In this document: positions 17,406-26,264 of the stretch, piece by piece
Numbering within the stretch: position 1 is the stretch's first letter
Layout: every line of letters starts with the position of its first letter
Virus record (IMG/VR): IMGVR_UViG_3300016665_000732
Coordinates: 1-26,737 of that record
From: a virus
Lineage: Duplodnaviria > Caudoviricetes
Length of the DNA stretch: 26,737 nt
Strand: one strand, 5' to 3'
The notes under the pieces: generated by a model
What the model saw: only the letters and a program-made list of their open reading frames with translations
What the model was told of the DNA's origin: nothing
Database searches by the model: none
Position numbers and translations under genes: made by a program

Positions 17406-17825
17406 TTAAGACTTACACCTTTTATCTTGAGCAAGCATTAATTCTTCATGCTTTTCTTCTTCAATAGTCATAATTGTATAAGGCTTCTTGGCTTCAAAGG
17501 GGTCGTCTATTAAAAGAAGAAGCTGGTCAATAATCTCAAGTCTTAATTTATTGTATCTTTCTACCGCTTCCTCAACCGCAAGAGCTTTCATGCTAAGGTT
17601 TTTGACCTTATCGGAAAGTTCTAAGGGAAGCATGCTGATGATAGGAAGTTCGAGCCCGGTTGCTGGATTGAGAGACATATTCTTTTGGGGGAGAATATCT
17701 CTAGCATGCAAAAAGATGGGAGTGCTAAAGTTTTCTTCTCGACCTAAGGTCATTCTATGCAAAAGGGTTTCAACTACATAAGTAGTGCGGTTGATTAGAC
17801 GCTCTTTTTTAGTTTTCTTAGCCAT
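17406..17825 (-). CDS. Paralog family member 1, unknown function
   Basis: AGGAGG SD and the family motifs (A..RYNKLR..IID.L...P...Y.IMT.EEE). Confidence 0.8.
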   Translation of the reverse strand: MAKKTKKERLINRTTYVVETLLHRMTLGREENFSTPIFLHARDILPQKNMSLNPATGLELPIISMLPLELSDKVKNLSMKALAVEEAVERYNKLRLEIIDQLLLLIDDPFEAKKPYTIMTIEEEKHEELMLAQDKRCKS

Positions 17826-18142
17826 TAGACCTCCTTCTTAAGAAGCTCATAGTTTAAAAAGCTGATGACTTCATAGGAGGTCTTAAAGGTACATAAAAGC
17901 CCTTGTTGTCTCTCATAGAGGTAAAAGTCTTGGGTTCTAGTGTCAAACCTCGTAAAGATAAGGTCTGTAAACTCATGGTTAAGCCAAAGGTTGCCATCCG
18001 ACAGGAGAACCATAGATTTAAATCCATTTAGATGGAAAAGATTACATTCAGGTGTCTGATAGTAAGCTTGGTCTAAAGAGGAGTGCAAGGTGGTGTAATA
18101 GCAGGTTAAGGCTTCGTTAACGGGGTGGAGATGTACAATCAT
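17825..18142 (-). CDS. Hypothetical protein
   Basis: 105 aa, coupled by start/stop overlaps at both ends. Confidence 0.65.
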   Translation of the reverse strand: MIVHLHPVNEALTCYYTTLHSSLDQAYYQTPECNLFHLNGFKSMVLLSDGNLWLNHEFTDLIFTRFDTRTQDFYLYERQQGLLCTFKTSYEVISFLNYELLKKEV

Positions 18143-18795
18143 GGCTTCTTCTTTTCGTTATATAAGTGGAGTAGTCTAATTGTAACTAAAACCTCAGAAG
18201 GGTCTTTTGGTTTAGCTGTCACTTTTCTAATTAAGGGCATGTTATTGGGAAAACTAGGGTGCGTTTCTTCTTGAGAGTAAAACTCCCACTTATCCCCGTT
18301 TGTGCCTTCTACAACTTTGAGTTTGGATACACTATCGTAAAAGTCTAGGTAGTCCCCAAAGTTATTCGCAAAGATAAGTGCATCTTTTTGAGTGAGGTCT
18401 TTATAAGTGGGTTTAACAATCTTGGTCGCATCGCTCTTATAAAAGTAACTTGAGTCGATTGTATAGCTACCGATTTTACTAGTATGGTCACCCGCATAAC
18501 AAACGACATACTTACCCGAAATGTTTTTATCTACAATAAATGTATTAGACATAGGGGTTAGGTAAGCAAAATTACCATAGGTTCTTCTCAAGGACTCTTC
18601 TTTAAGCTCAAGCCACTCTGTCTTAAACTCCAGAAGAGAACTCTCACTTGCGAATTGACGCAAGTACTCTAAACTGTATCCTTGATAAGGGTCTAGCTTA
18701 CGGATAATCTTTTGGAAGTTGGGAGAGGAGTTGATCGGTGTGTAAAGACCGACAGCTTCCGCTGTGTTAAGGGCGTTATCGATTAAGTTTGGCAT
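18139..18795 (-). CDS. Hypothetical protein
   Basis: 218 aa with AAGGA SD, overlapping its neighbours. Confidence 0.75.
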   Translation of the reverse strand: MPNLIDNALNTAEAVGLYTPINSSPNFQKIIRKLDPYQGYSLEYLRQFASESSLLEFKTEWLELKEESLRRTYGNFAYLTPMSNTFIVDKNISGKYVVCYAGDHTSKIGSYTIDSSYFYKSDATKIVKPTYKDLTQKDALIFANNFGDYLDFYDSVSKLKVVEGTNGDKWEFYSQEETHPSFPNNMPLIRKVTAKPKDPSEVLVTIRLLHLYNEKKKP

Positions 18796-19201
18796 CTCTG
18801 TCCTTGAAAATCTTTTGAAAAGAAGGGTTTAGGGCTCTTACTGGGCTTAGGAATTGGTTCTCTTCGATGATAGCTCTTCTATCCTCTAACGAGTTCCATT
18901 CAAAAAAATGTTTACTAGTGTTCGTGAGTGCACCATACATTGAAATGCACTTTAATCGCTTGTGTAGTCTTGGGTACTTAGTAAATAAGTCCAAGAGGAA
19001 GTTTTCTAAGAACCTTGGAGATGAATATGCCCAATTTCCACTAGATAATTTAGTCAAGTGTACAATAAATTTATCTAAGAATGGTTCATCATCTAGCGTA
19101 TCAAGTGTTCCTTTTTCACAAATGATGCGATCTAGTTCTAAACTGACTTCCCTAAAACTTCTGGTTTCGAGGAGTCGTCTCCTCTGTTGGTAGGTATCCA
19201 T
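18776..19201 (-). CDS. Hypothetical helical protein
   Basis: 141 aa with AAGGA SD. Confidence 0.7.
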   Translation of the reverse strand: MDTYQQRRRLLETRSFREVSLELDRIICEKGTLDTLDDEPFLDKFIVHLTKLSSGNWAYSSPRFLENFLLDLFTKYPRLHKRLKCISMYGALTNTSKHFFEWNSLEDRRAIIEENQFLSPVRALNPSFQKIFKDRDAKLNR

Positions 19202-19286
19202 TTTTTTCCTTTCTAATGGCTTCTATTCTGTATATAGGTTGAGATTCTCAGATATTAAAATAGGATTAAACCCCCTCTAAAAAAAA

Positions 19287-19674
<388 letters not shown>

Positions 19675-19682
<8 letters not shown>

Positions 19683-19986
19683 GGTGGCCTCCTTGTTTTT
19701 TTAAAGTACTCCAATAATGGAGAGCTCGTAGTTCAGTTTCACTTAGAGAGGATGCAGATAAATGATTTAAAGCATCGCTATTTACAGCTGTGAGCTTATT
19801 CTTATCATGTATCCATCTGAAGGGTGTTTTATAGACGGTAGTTTTAAAACCTTCATAAGGTCTATTCTCGGCAATAGAATAGTGAAGGATTAGCGTTAGT
19901 AGATAATACTGATGTTTTAATTCTGGGTATTTTTCTGCTTGGAGGGCATATTCATAGGGTAATGCATGTGTAGGGTTTCTATCCAT
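19675..19986 (-). CDS. Hypothetical protein
   Basis: 103 aa, in operon with tight junctions. Confidence 0.65.
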
Positions 19987-19987
19987 A

Positions 19988-20254
19988 TTAAAAAATCCTA
20001 TTCCTTAGGTCTTGAAGGAAAACAGTTCGGGATAAGGTGGAAAGTTCTATTTGTCGGAGAAAGTCTATTATTTCTGGATACTCCGGATTGTTTAAAAAAG
20101 AAAGAACCTCATCGTCATAAACTTGGCTTACGGTTCTCCAAAACCCTAATACGACACGAAGGTTTGGAACCGTAGGGTTTTTAATAAACGCTTCTTCTGC
20201 TAGTGTTTGAGGGGTGTTCTTCGAACGGGCGGATATCATTTTTACTAGAGGCAT
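19988..20254 (-). CDS. Hypothetical protein
   Basis: 88 aa. Start uncertain because of overlap with the upstream ORF. Confidence 0.5.
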   Translation of the reverse strand: MPLVKMISARSKNTPQTLAEEAFIKNPTVPNLRVVLGFWRTVSQVYDDEVLSFLNNPEYPEIIDFLRQIELSTLSRTVFLQDLRNRIF

Positions 20255-20453
20255 TTTTAAACTTCAAACTTAACATACGGGTTCGGAAATAAGGATAATC
20301 TTCTTTTTCAAGAGATCGTTCGAGACTAAGAGGGATTGCAAAGACTTTTTGACTTAGGAAGAAGCAAAACAGCTGTCTTTTTTCTTCTAATGAATAGGCC
20401 TGAATATCATGTTGATAATATTTGCTAGGCTTACGCATTATTTCAGTAATCAT
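20181..20453 (-). CDS. Hypothetical protein
   Basis: ATGA coupling to the upstream gene. Its 3' end overlaps the next ORF by up to 74 nt. Confidence 0.5.
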   Translation of the reverse strand: MITEIMRKPSKYYQHDIQAYSLEEKRQLFCFFLSQKVFAIPLSLERSLEKEDYPYFRTRMLSLKFKNASSKNDIRPFEEHPSNTSRRSVY

Positions 20454-20842
20454 TTTTTTAAATTCTTTCTATATGTGGCTTCTATGTTTAAGATTTTAAA
20501 ACATGGGTCATTATCTACATGAGTAATTTTCCCTCTAGTAAGAAGAGGAATAGGGTCAAAGTTTTCTGTCCTTTTTGTCTCCTTGGCAATACGCCGGCGG
20601 GATACCCGTTCCATCATGTCAGGGTTTGCTTTAAAGAGCATACCTAAAGGGGAGGTCATAATTTTAAAGGCTGTGGTTAGGCTTAAATGTATGGGGATTT
20701 CTTTGGAGACCACATCATCATAAAAGAAAGCTAGTTCTAATAATACTTCTGGGGAGTTGTAGATTGGGTCATGGTATTCGATATTAGACAGCCAATCAAA
20801 ATCTAAACGTCTAATCTTATCTATAAGTTCTTCTTTAGTCAT
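20450..20842 (-). CDS. Hypothetical protein, N-terminus resembles degenerate DUF4116 repeat
   Basis: GAGGTG SD. MTKEELIDKI resembles MTKEEVISRI of 24373..24831. Confidence 0.7.
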   Translation of the reverse strand: MTKEELIDKIRRLDFDWLSNIEYHDPIYNSPEVLLELAFFYDDVVSKEIPIHLSLTTAFKIMTSPLGMLFKANPDMMERVSRRRIAKETKRTENFDPIPLLTRGKITHVDNDPCFKILNIEATYRKNLKK

Positions 20843-20889
20843 AATGCACCTCTTTCTTTTTATATATGAGCCTCAATCATTTTTATTAC

Positions 20890-20929
20890 AGATTTCATAA
20901 TATAACGATTAACTAATTATATGAAATCT
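20890..20929. repeat. 10 bp inverted repeat with AT-rich spacer
   Basis: AGATTTCATA-N20-TATGAAATCT. Confidence 0.7.
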
Positions 20930-20941
20930 AGAGGTGGGTCA

Positions 20942-21004
20942 GGGAGGAAAAGAGGCTTGGGAGGAAAAAGAGGCTTGGGAGGAAAAGAGGCTTGGGAGGG
21001 GGGG
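20942..21004. repeat. Purine-rich tandem repeat (GGGAGGAAAA(A)GAGGCTT)x3 followed by G-run
   Basis: Units of 17, 18 and 17 nt read directly from the sequence. Confidence 0.9.
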
Positions 21005-21028
21005 TTGACTTGTTAAGTCAAGGTAGGC

Positions 21029-21409
21029 TTATTGGAGGGGGGTTGAAGTGCCATAGGTTAACAACACAGACATAGGCATACAGTCCTCAAAAACCTCTTG
21101 AAACTCCTCGTCAAGCTCCTCTTGTGTTGGCATACCTTTAAGGGAGGGGTCAAGCATAAGCCTAACTTTCCAAATACTAGCATAAGGGAAAACACAGTGA
21201 TGACTTTGACCGTCAAAGCTAAGATCGACCTCGATCTTATCTTTATGGACGACATAGTCTGCATGAGTTCTGATGGAAACTTTAGCATTATCCTTAGTCA
21301 TTAAATGACTAGGATATTCAACCCCCTCAATAGAGAGGTTGAGGCTTAATTGCACTTTACCCATAGAGAGCAAAGTTAAGAGAGTTCTATGTTTTGTTTT
21401 GAGAAACAT
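21029..21409 (-). CDS. SspB-like ClpXP protease adaptor, paralog 2
   Basis: GVEYPSHL...IEVDLSFDGQSHHCVFPYASIW matches the SspB core pattern. Clear paralog of 21466..21849. Confidence 0.65.
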   Translation of the reverse strand: MFLKTKHRTLLTLLSMGKVQLSLNLSIEGVEYPSHLMTKDNAKVSIRTHADYVVHKDKIEVDLSFDGQSHHCVFPYASIWKVRLMLDPSLKGMPTQEELDEEFQEVFEDCMPMSVLLTYGTSTPLQ

Positions 21410-21465
21410 AACGTCCTTAAAAGAAAAAGGTTGAAAAAACAGACTAGACTTGAGAAAACAGACAC

Positions 21466-21849
21466 CTATTGACTAGGGGTATCATCATCTCTCATAGATA
21501 ATGGTAGACAGTCCTCAAAACCCTCGTAAAACTCTTCGTCAAGCTCCTCTTGGCTTGGCATACAGTCTACATTGGGGTCGTGGATAATCCTCAAACTCCA
21601 AATTGAGTTAAGAGGAATAACACAAGTAAAGGGTTGACCATTGAAGCTAAGCACTGCCACGATTTTATCCTTATGGATAACTAGATCACCGTCAAACTCA
21701 GTTGATAAGTGAAGATAAGAGCTATCACGACCACTTGTCATAACATGACTTGGGAGGACTAAGCCGTCAACAGCTAGGTTGACACCTACTCGGATTTTAC
21801 CTAAAGATAGGTAAGTCATTAAAGTTCTATGTTTGTTAATGATTAACAT
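21466..21849 (-). CDS. SspB-like ClpXP protease adaptor, paralog 1
   Basis: GLVLPSHV...LHLSTEF..DLVI...IVAVLSFNGQPFTCVIPLNSIWSL is the stringent starvation protein B fold signature. Start moved to MLIINKH at 21849 (AAGGA). Confidence 0.75.
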   Translation of the reverse strand: MLIINKHRTLMTYLSLGKIRVGVNLAVDGLVLPSHVMTSGRDSSYLHLSTEFDGDLVIHKDKIVAVLSFNGQPFTCVIPLNSIWSLRIIHDPNVDCMPSQEELDEEFYEGFEDCLPLSMRDDDTPSQ

Positions 21850-21979
21850 ACAATCCTTTAAGTTAAGGGAAAAACACATCGACTACATTTAGTTAAGGGT
21901 TGAGGTTCTGAGAAATTAAAATGACTACGACCCCCCCCCAAAAAAAATTTTTATGAACGAACAGGGGTAGGGTCACCTT

Positions 21980-22021
21980 TATGAAATCTAGTCTTTAAGT
22001 ATGAAATCTAGTCTTTAAGTA
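21980..22021. repeat. 20 bp tandem duplication spanning the ligase stop codon
   Basis: TATGAAATCTAGTCTTTAAG x2. Confidence 0.9.
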
Positions 22022-23876
22022 AGTCTAAAAATTCATTCTCCGTAAGCACCTTAACGCCTAGAGAGTTTGCCTTGTCTAATTTAGACCCGGCTTTCTCGCC
22101 AGCGACAAGGTAGCTTAAGTTTTTACTGACAGATGAGGCAATATTACCCCCATTATTACTTACAAGAGCTTCCGCATCATTTCTCTTCATGGTAAGGGTT
22201 CCTGTGAATAAGAAGCTCAAGCCTTTAAACTTACCTTCTCGTTCTACCCCATTGTCAATAGAGATAAAGGTAAGTAATTCGTCAATAAGAGTCTCGTTAG
22301 CTTTTAGGCCGTCTACGATTGCTTTAGCCATAAGCTCCCCAAAGCCCTCTAAGATTTCAATTTGAGCATAGGTTAATGCACGAATAGACTCTAAGGTTTT
22401 AAACTTAGAACTTAAGACATCGGAAGCCTTACGACCTAGTGCTTCAATCCCAAGAGATTGTAAGAATTTGTCTAATGACACTCTTTTAGCCTTGCCAATA
22501 CTAGAAAGCCAACCGTCAATTCTAGTGTCTCCCATATTGTCTAGCTTAGATAAGCCGGCTCTATCTAGTCTAAATAAATCTACAGGGCTTAAAACGAGCT
22601 TAGTTTCCACTAGCTTCTCAACCCATGATTGCCCAATTCCTTCAATTTCCATCCTATCGATAAAATGGCTAATCCTCTGGGTCAAAGCAGATAAACAAGT
22701 GTCTTTACCCGTGCAATAAAGAAAATCTCCTTCTAAGCTCGTAGAAGCCCCGCATTGAGGACAATGACTAGGCAATGAAATTGCAGTGTCGCCGTCTTTA
22801 ATGACTCGTTCGAGGTGGGGGATAACGCCACCTCTACGGCAGGCAAGGACTTCTGCATTAAGGGTGAGGCCTTTAGACTTAAGCATAGAAGCATTATGTA
22901 AAGTGATGCGGCTAACAACAGCCCCACTAAGAGGGACAGGGTCAACCAAGCCTACGGGAGTAAGAATGCCATTACGGCTAACTTGCCATTCGACACCTCT
23001 AAGGACGGTGATTTTTTCATCACCTTGGAATTTATAAGCAAGAGCACCTTTGGGGTGATGGCTTGTATAGCCGGCTTTCTCATATTCGGAAACATTATTG
23101 ACTCTATAGACGACTCCATCAAGTTCATAGTCTAATGAGAGTCTTTCTTGGGCAACTTTATCATAGCCCTTTTGTAAGTCATCTTTAAGGACTTGATAAG
23201 GAGGGACAGTAAACCCAACCTGTTGCAAGACGCTAAAGCGTTGTGCAAGGGTGGGGTGGTTAGTGCCGATAAGGTCATATGCAAAGAATTTAATACCGAG
23301 GTTAGCGGTATAGGAGGCACCGCCATCTTTTTGTTTAAGGGAGCCTGCTACAGCATTTCTTGGGTTAGAGAAGGCTTGTTTATGAAGTTCATAGGAGGAG
23401 AGGGGCATATAGAGTTCGCCTCTAACTTCGAAGTCAAGCAAGTCTTTAACTTTTTTAGGGATGGAGTCTAATTTAACGACATTAGCGGAGATGTCTTCAC
23501 CAACAGAGCCATCACCTCTAGTGGAGGCAAGTTGAAGGCAACCAGATTTATAGATAAGGCTACAGGCCATGCCATCGATTTTGGGAGAAACGATAAAGTC
23601 TGATTTAAACTTGGAAGCCCATTTAATAAGAGAGGCTTCATCATAGCATTTATCTAGGCTTAACATGGGTTTAGAATGAGTAACCTTAGTACCTAGTTCA
23701 TCGAATTGGACACCGAGAAAAGAGAGGATAGGATGTTCGGAGTCAAAAGAGCGAAGCTCTTCGACAAGCTGGTCATATTCTGAGTCTGGGATTTCTGGGT
23801 TTTGGAGGTTCCAATAGAGGTGATTATGTTTAGCGATAAGAGAAGCGAGTTCTTCGATAGCTATAATTTTCTTCAT
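22008..23876 (-). CDS. ligA: NAD+-dependent DNA ligase
   Basis: Domain Ia (Y...NPEIPDSEYD), PMLSL, KIDG adenylation motif, TRGDG, EVRGE, NPRNA, DGVV, AYKF, OB fold (TLHN), CxxC...C...C Zn finger, HhH repeats and BRCT (GEKAGSKLDKA). Confidence 0.97.
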   Translation of the reverse strand: MKKIIAIEELASLIAKHNHLYWNLQNPEIPDSEYDQLVEELRSFDSEHPILSFLGVQFDELGTKVTHSKPMLSLDKCYDEASLIKWASKFKSDFIVSPKIDGMACSLIYKSGCLQLASTRGDGSVGEDISANVVKLDSIPKKVKDLLDFEVRGELYMPLSSYELHKQAFSNPRNAVAGSLKQKDGGASYTANLGIKFFAYDLIGTNHPTLAQRFSVLQQVGFTVPPYQVLKDDLQKGYDKVAQERLSLDYELDGVVYRVNNVSEYEKAGYTSHHPKGALAYKFQGDEKITVLRGVEWQVSRNGILTPVGLVDPVPLSGAVVSRITLHNASMLKSKGLTLNAEVLACRRGGVIPHLERVIKDGDTAISLPSHCPQCGASTSLEGDFLYCTGKDTCLSALTQRISHFIDRMEIEGIGQSWVEKLVETKLVLSPVDLFRLDRAGLSKLDNMGDTRIDGWLSSIGKAKRVSLDKFLQSLGIEALGRKASDVLSSKFKTLESIRALTYAQIEILEGFGELMAKAIVDGLKANETLIDELLTFISIDNGVEREGKFKGLSFLFTGTLTMKRNDAEALVSNNGGNIASSVSKNLSYLVAGEKAGSKLDKANSLGVKVLTENEFLDLLKD

Positions 23877-23922
23877 GTAGAGTCCTTTATAAAGAGAGGC
23901 AACTACAAGATACTATGAGCAA

Positions 23923-24216
23923 TTATTTAGTTTTGTACAAGGTTTCGGGTTCTTCTTTTTTATTAACAGCGAGGAGGGCATAGCCGGCAAGGTCTAGATA
24001 AGGGCTTTCACCGAAGGGGTCATTATCTTTAGCGATACGGGACATTTTATCGAGCATCCTGACAAGGATGTGAACATCTTTGTATTGATGGATGGAGATG
24101 CCGTCTGGGTAAAGGATTTTGAGGATATCTTCAGTTTTATCGAAGGCGTTGCCGTAAGCTTGGTTTTTCTTTTCGATAAGGTCACAGAGGTCTTTAGCGA
24201 TTTTATGAATAGACAT
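23923..24216 (-). CDS. DUF1599 / nucleotide modification associated domain 1-like protein (MazG-like all-alpha fold)
   Basis: KKNQAYGNAF...RMLDKMSRI...ESPYLDLAGYALL. Start moved to MSIHK at 24216 (AGGA). Confidence 0.75.
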   Translation of the reverse strand: MSIHKIAKDLCDLIEKKNQAYGNAFDKTEDILKILYPDGISIHQYKDVHILVRMLDKMSRIAKDNDPFGESPYLDLAGYALLAVNKKEEPETLYKTK

Positions 24217-24372
24217 GGGTTTAATCCTGTGGAGGTATAGTAGAGTCATGGATTTTATCTCCGAGGGAGTTTAGTCCTAGGAGGGTACAGATTTCGCAGA
24301 GAGGGTGAGCGAAGATATTATGGATAGACCATTGGAATTTTTTAGGTAATTTAGCAATAAGTTTTTGCATTT

Positions 24373-24831
24373 TTAATCCTTTTGAAGAAGCATTTGTTGT
24401 TGGACTTCTCCGGGAAGGTGCATAAAAAGGTTAAAGGACAAGGGACAAAGGATTTTAAGGATATCGATATCATGTTTAATAGAGGGGTCGAGATAGAAGT
24501 AAAGGTATCCGGGGTCTGTGACATTACGATATTTACGTTGGAGGGTACGAAGCCAGAAGTCTTTATCTTTAAAGACGGGGTGTGTTCTGATGTAATAAAG
24601 GATAGAAATGCCTTCAGCTTCCCAAGCGAGGGAGATGATATCGGTATCTTGTTGAATAGACGGAGGGAAAAGCCAAAAAATCTCACTTCTAACAAATTCT
24701 TGAGATTGGTAAGGGAAGAATTGGTTAAGGATGAGGGTGGCAATTTCTTTATCTTTAAGGAAAACTTTAGGAATATGCATGGCATTATCCACGCTATCAA
24801 GGATACGGCTAATTACTTCTTCTTTAGTCAT
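24373..24831 (-). CDS. DUF4116-like helical repeat protein
   Basis: Repeats of hydrophobic-x-x-(I/F/L)P..(L/I)(K/Q).D..I: HIPKVFLKDKEI, LFPPSIQQDTDI, YLDPSIKHDIDI. Confidence 0.6.
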   Translation of the reverse strand: MTKEEVISRILDSVDNAMHIPKVFLKDKEIATLILNQFFPYQSQEFVRSEIFWLFPPSIQQDTDIISLAWEAEGISILYYIRTHPVFKDKDFWLRTLQRKYRNVTDPGYLYFYLDPSIKHDIDILKILCPLSFNLFMHLPGEVQQQMLLQKD

Positions 24832-24846
24832 GGGGCTCTCTCTGTA

Positions 24847-25305
24847 TTATTTATTTTTTAACCAAAAGAGAGCAATCTGTATATGTTTACTATTGGGATT
24901 AGACCTAGCTAGAATGGGAGCAGTATCTAAGCTTACATTTAAGCACCATTTAACAAAAGCCTCTTCTTGTTTTTGTTCATAAGTGGCATGAACCACAGTT
25001 TTATAATTAGCAGAAATTGCTTTTTTCACCAAGTTTTCCGAACGAAGAGCAAAAGGTACAAATCTGAGAGAAGAATTATTAGTATCTAGGGCTAGCTCAA
25101 TAAGGGGTGTTTCAAAGCCCATCTCTCTGATTAGACTAGGAGAGCGTCTAATGGTATGCTCTTTAATAGAAGTGTCGTTTTTAAAGACATCAGGAAGAAA
25201 GACATACAGAAAAGGGTCTTCGTTTATCAACTCTTGAACCTTTTCTTTTGTAAGTTTTCCTAAGTCATAAAGCTCTTTTATAGTGTCTTTACTGGTGCTA
25301 GTCAT
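24847..25305 (-). CDS. DUF4116-like helical repeat protein
   Basis: FLPDVFKNDTSI, ALDTNNSSLRFVPFALRSENLVKKAI. AGGGG SD. Confidence 0.65.
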   Translation of the reverse strand: MTSTSKDTIKELYDLGKLTKEKVQELINEDPFLYVFLPDVFKNDTSIKEHTIRRSPSLIREMGFETPLIELALDTNNSSLRFVPFALRSENLVKKAISANYKTVVHATYEQKQEEAFVKWCLNVSLDTAPILARSNPNSKHIQIALFWLKNK

Positions 25306-25324
25306 AATTACCCCTTTTTTGATC

Positions 25325-25353
25325 TTTCATACGATACCAAGGTATGCTATAAG
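25325..25353 (+). promoter_or_regulatory. Possible sigma70-type promoter for 25380 ORF
   Basis: TTTCAT-N17-TATAAG with TG at the extended -10 position. Confidence 0.35.
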
Positions 25354-25379
25354 AACCAAAATATAAAGGAGAACAAAAA

Positions 25380-25679
25380 ATGTATAACTGTTACTTGAGG
25401 ATAAGCAATCCTAAAGAGGACTTAATTAAGATATTAAACCCGCATTTAGTATTCACTGATGTGAGCACTGTGGTGCATTTTACGGTTGCGAAGATAGACT
25501 TGGATATCTTTAGGGGGTATAGTGATTGGCACTTATATTATATGGCTAAGGGGAGTTATGGGGTGGTGAAGGATAACTTATCGATAGAATGGTCTAAGTT
25601 TGAGGATGTGTCGGAGAAAGAGAAGCGGTTTTTTAGTATTTATTTTAACTTAGGAGAATTGAACTCAAGTGAAGGATGA
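25380..25679 (+). CDS. Hypothetical protein
   Basis: 99 aa with a strong AAGGAG SD. Confidence 0.7.
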   Translation: MYNCYLRISNPKEDLIKILNPHLVFTDVSTVVHFTVAKIDLDIFRGYSDWHLYYMAKGSYGVVKDNLSIEWSKFEDVSEKEKRFFSIYFNLGELNSSEG

Positions 25680-25741
25680 TAAATTCTTTATAAGCAGGTA
25701 GGTATATATGAAGCACTTATCTCTTAACTAGGAGTATTATC

Positions 25742-26236
25742 ATGGCTATTACAACCAAAGCCTCTTTAAGTTTTTACACAAATGGTTTATCCACAGACTA
25801 CAATTCCACCTCTCAAATTAGACCAGCAAGTAACGGTGATCTTGGCTGTGATACTACTCTTAAGGTTTTAAGAGTAGGAGATGGTGCGACAAGAGGGGGT
25901 ATTCCAGTACCAACCGCCTTAAACTTTTTTAGTCAAGTCACCGCAGGTGGTAATGTCACATTAGGTAATCATCATGTTTATGTTGCTAATGGTGGGTCTA
26001 CTGTAACTTTACCTGCTTCTGATGCCTCTTCTGTTTATCATGGTGTTCAAAATAACTTTTATGGTCGCCGTTATCTTATTGTACATTCTAGTGGTGCTGA
26101 TGTAACTGTAACTGGCCCCGGTGGTTTTTCTGCTATCCTTACAGAAGAACCTAATGGTTTTAAGTCTATTGAAGTTATGTCCACAGGTAGTTCTTGGGTT
26201 ATCATCAATTCTTCCTTGAACCCTATTGTTCTTTAA
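25742..26236 (+). CDS. Short fibre/spike protein with Mtd-N-like anchor motif
   Basis: GDLGCDTTLKVLRVGDGATRGG followed by a VTLPAS...GRRYLI...W.II domain. AGGAG SD. Confidence 0.7.
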   Translation: MAITTKASLSFYTNGLSTDYNSTSQIRPASNGDLGCDTTLKVLRVGDGATRGGIPVPTALNFFSQVTAGGNVTLGNHHVYVANGGSTVTLPASDASSVYHGVQNNFYGRRYLIVHSSGADVTVTGPGGFSAILTEEPNGFKSIEVMSTGSSWVIINSSLNPIVL

Positions 26237-26264
26237 TCCCATATAACAGAGAAAGATACCTAAA

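Noticed and set aside
19988-20453. Programmed frameshift or split gene joining 20181..20453 and 19988..20254
   Set aside because: The long overlap is suggestive, but there is no clear slippery site or homology support. A later start for the second ORF explains it equally well.
20942-21004. CRISPR array
   Set aside because: The repeats are contiguous with no unique spacers, too short, and there are no cas genes.
21005-21021. Rho-independent terminators here and at convergent junctions (3199-3215, 6487-6509, 14984-15004)
   Set aside because: The stems are AT-rich without a U-tract, and the convergent genes simply overlap at their 3' ends.
21929-21953. Phase-variable homopolymer tract (C-run then A-run then T-run) upstream of the sspB pair
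   Set aside because: It is intergenic with no definable promoter boxes around it, so function cannot be supported without read-level data.
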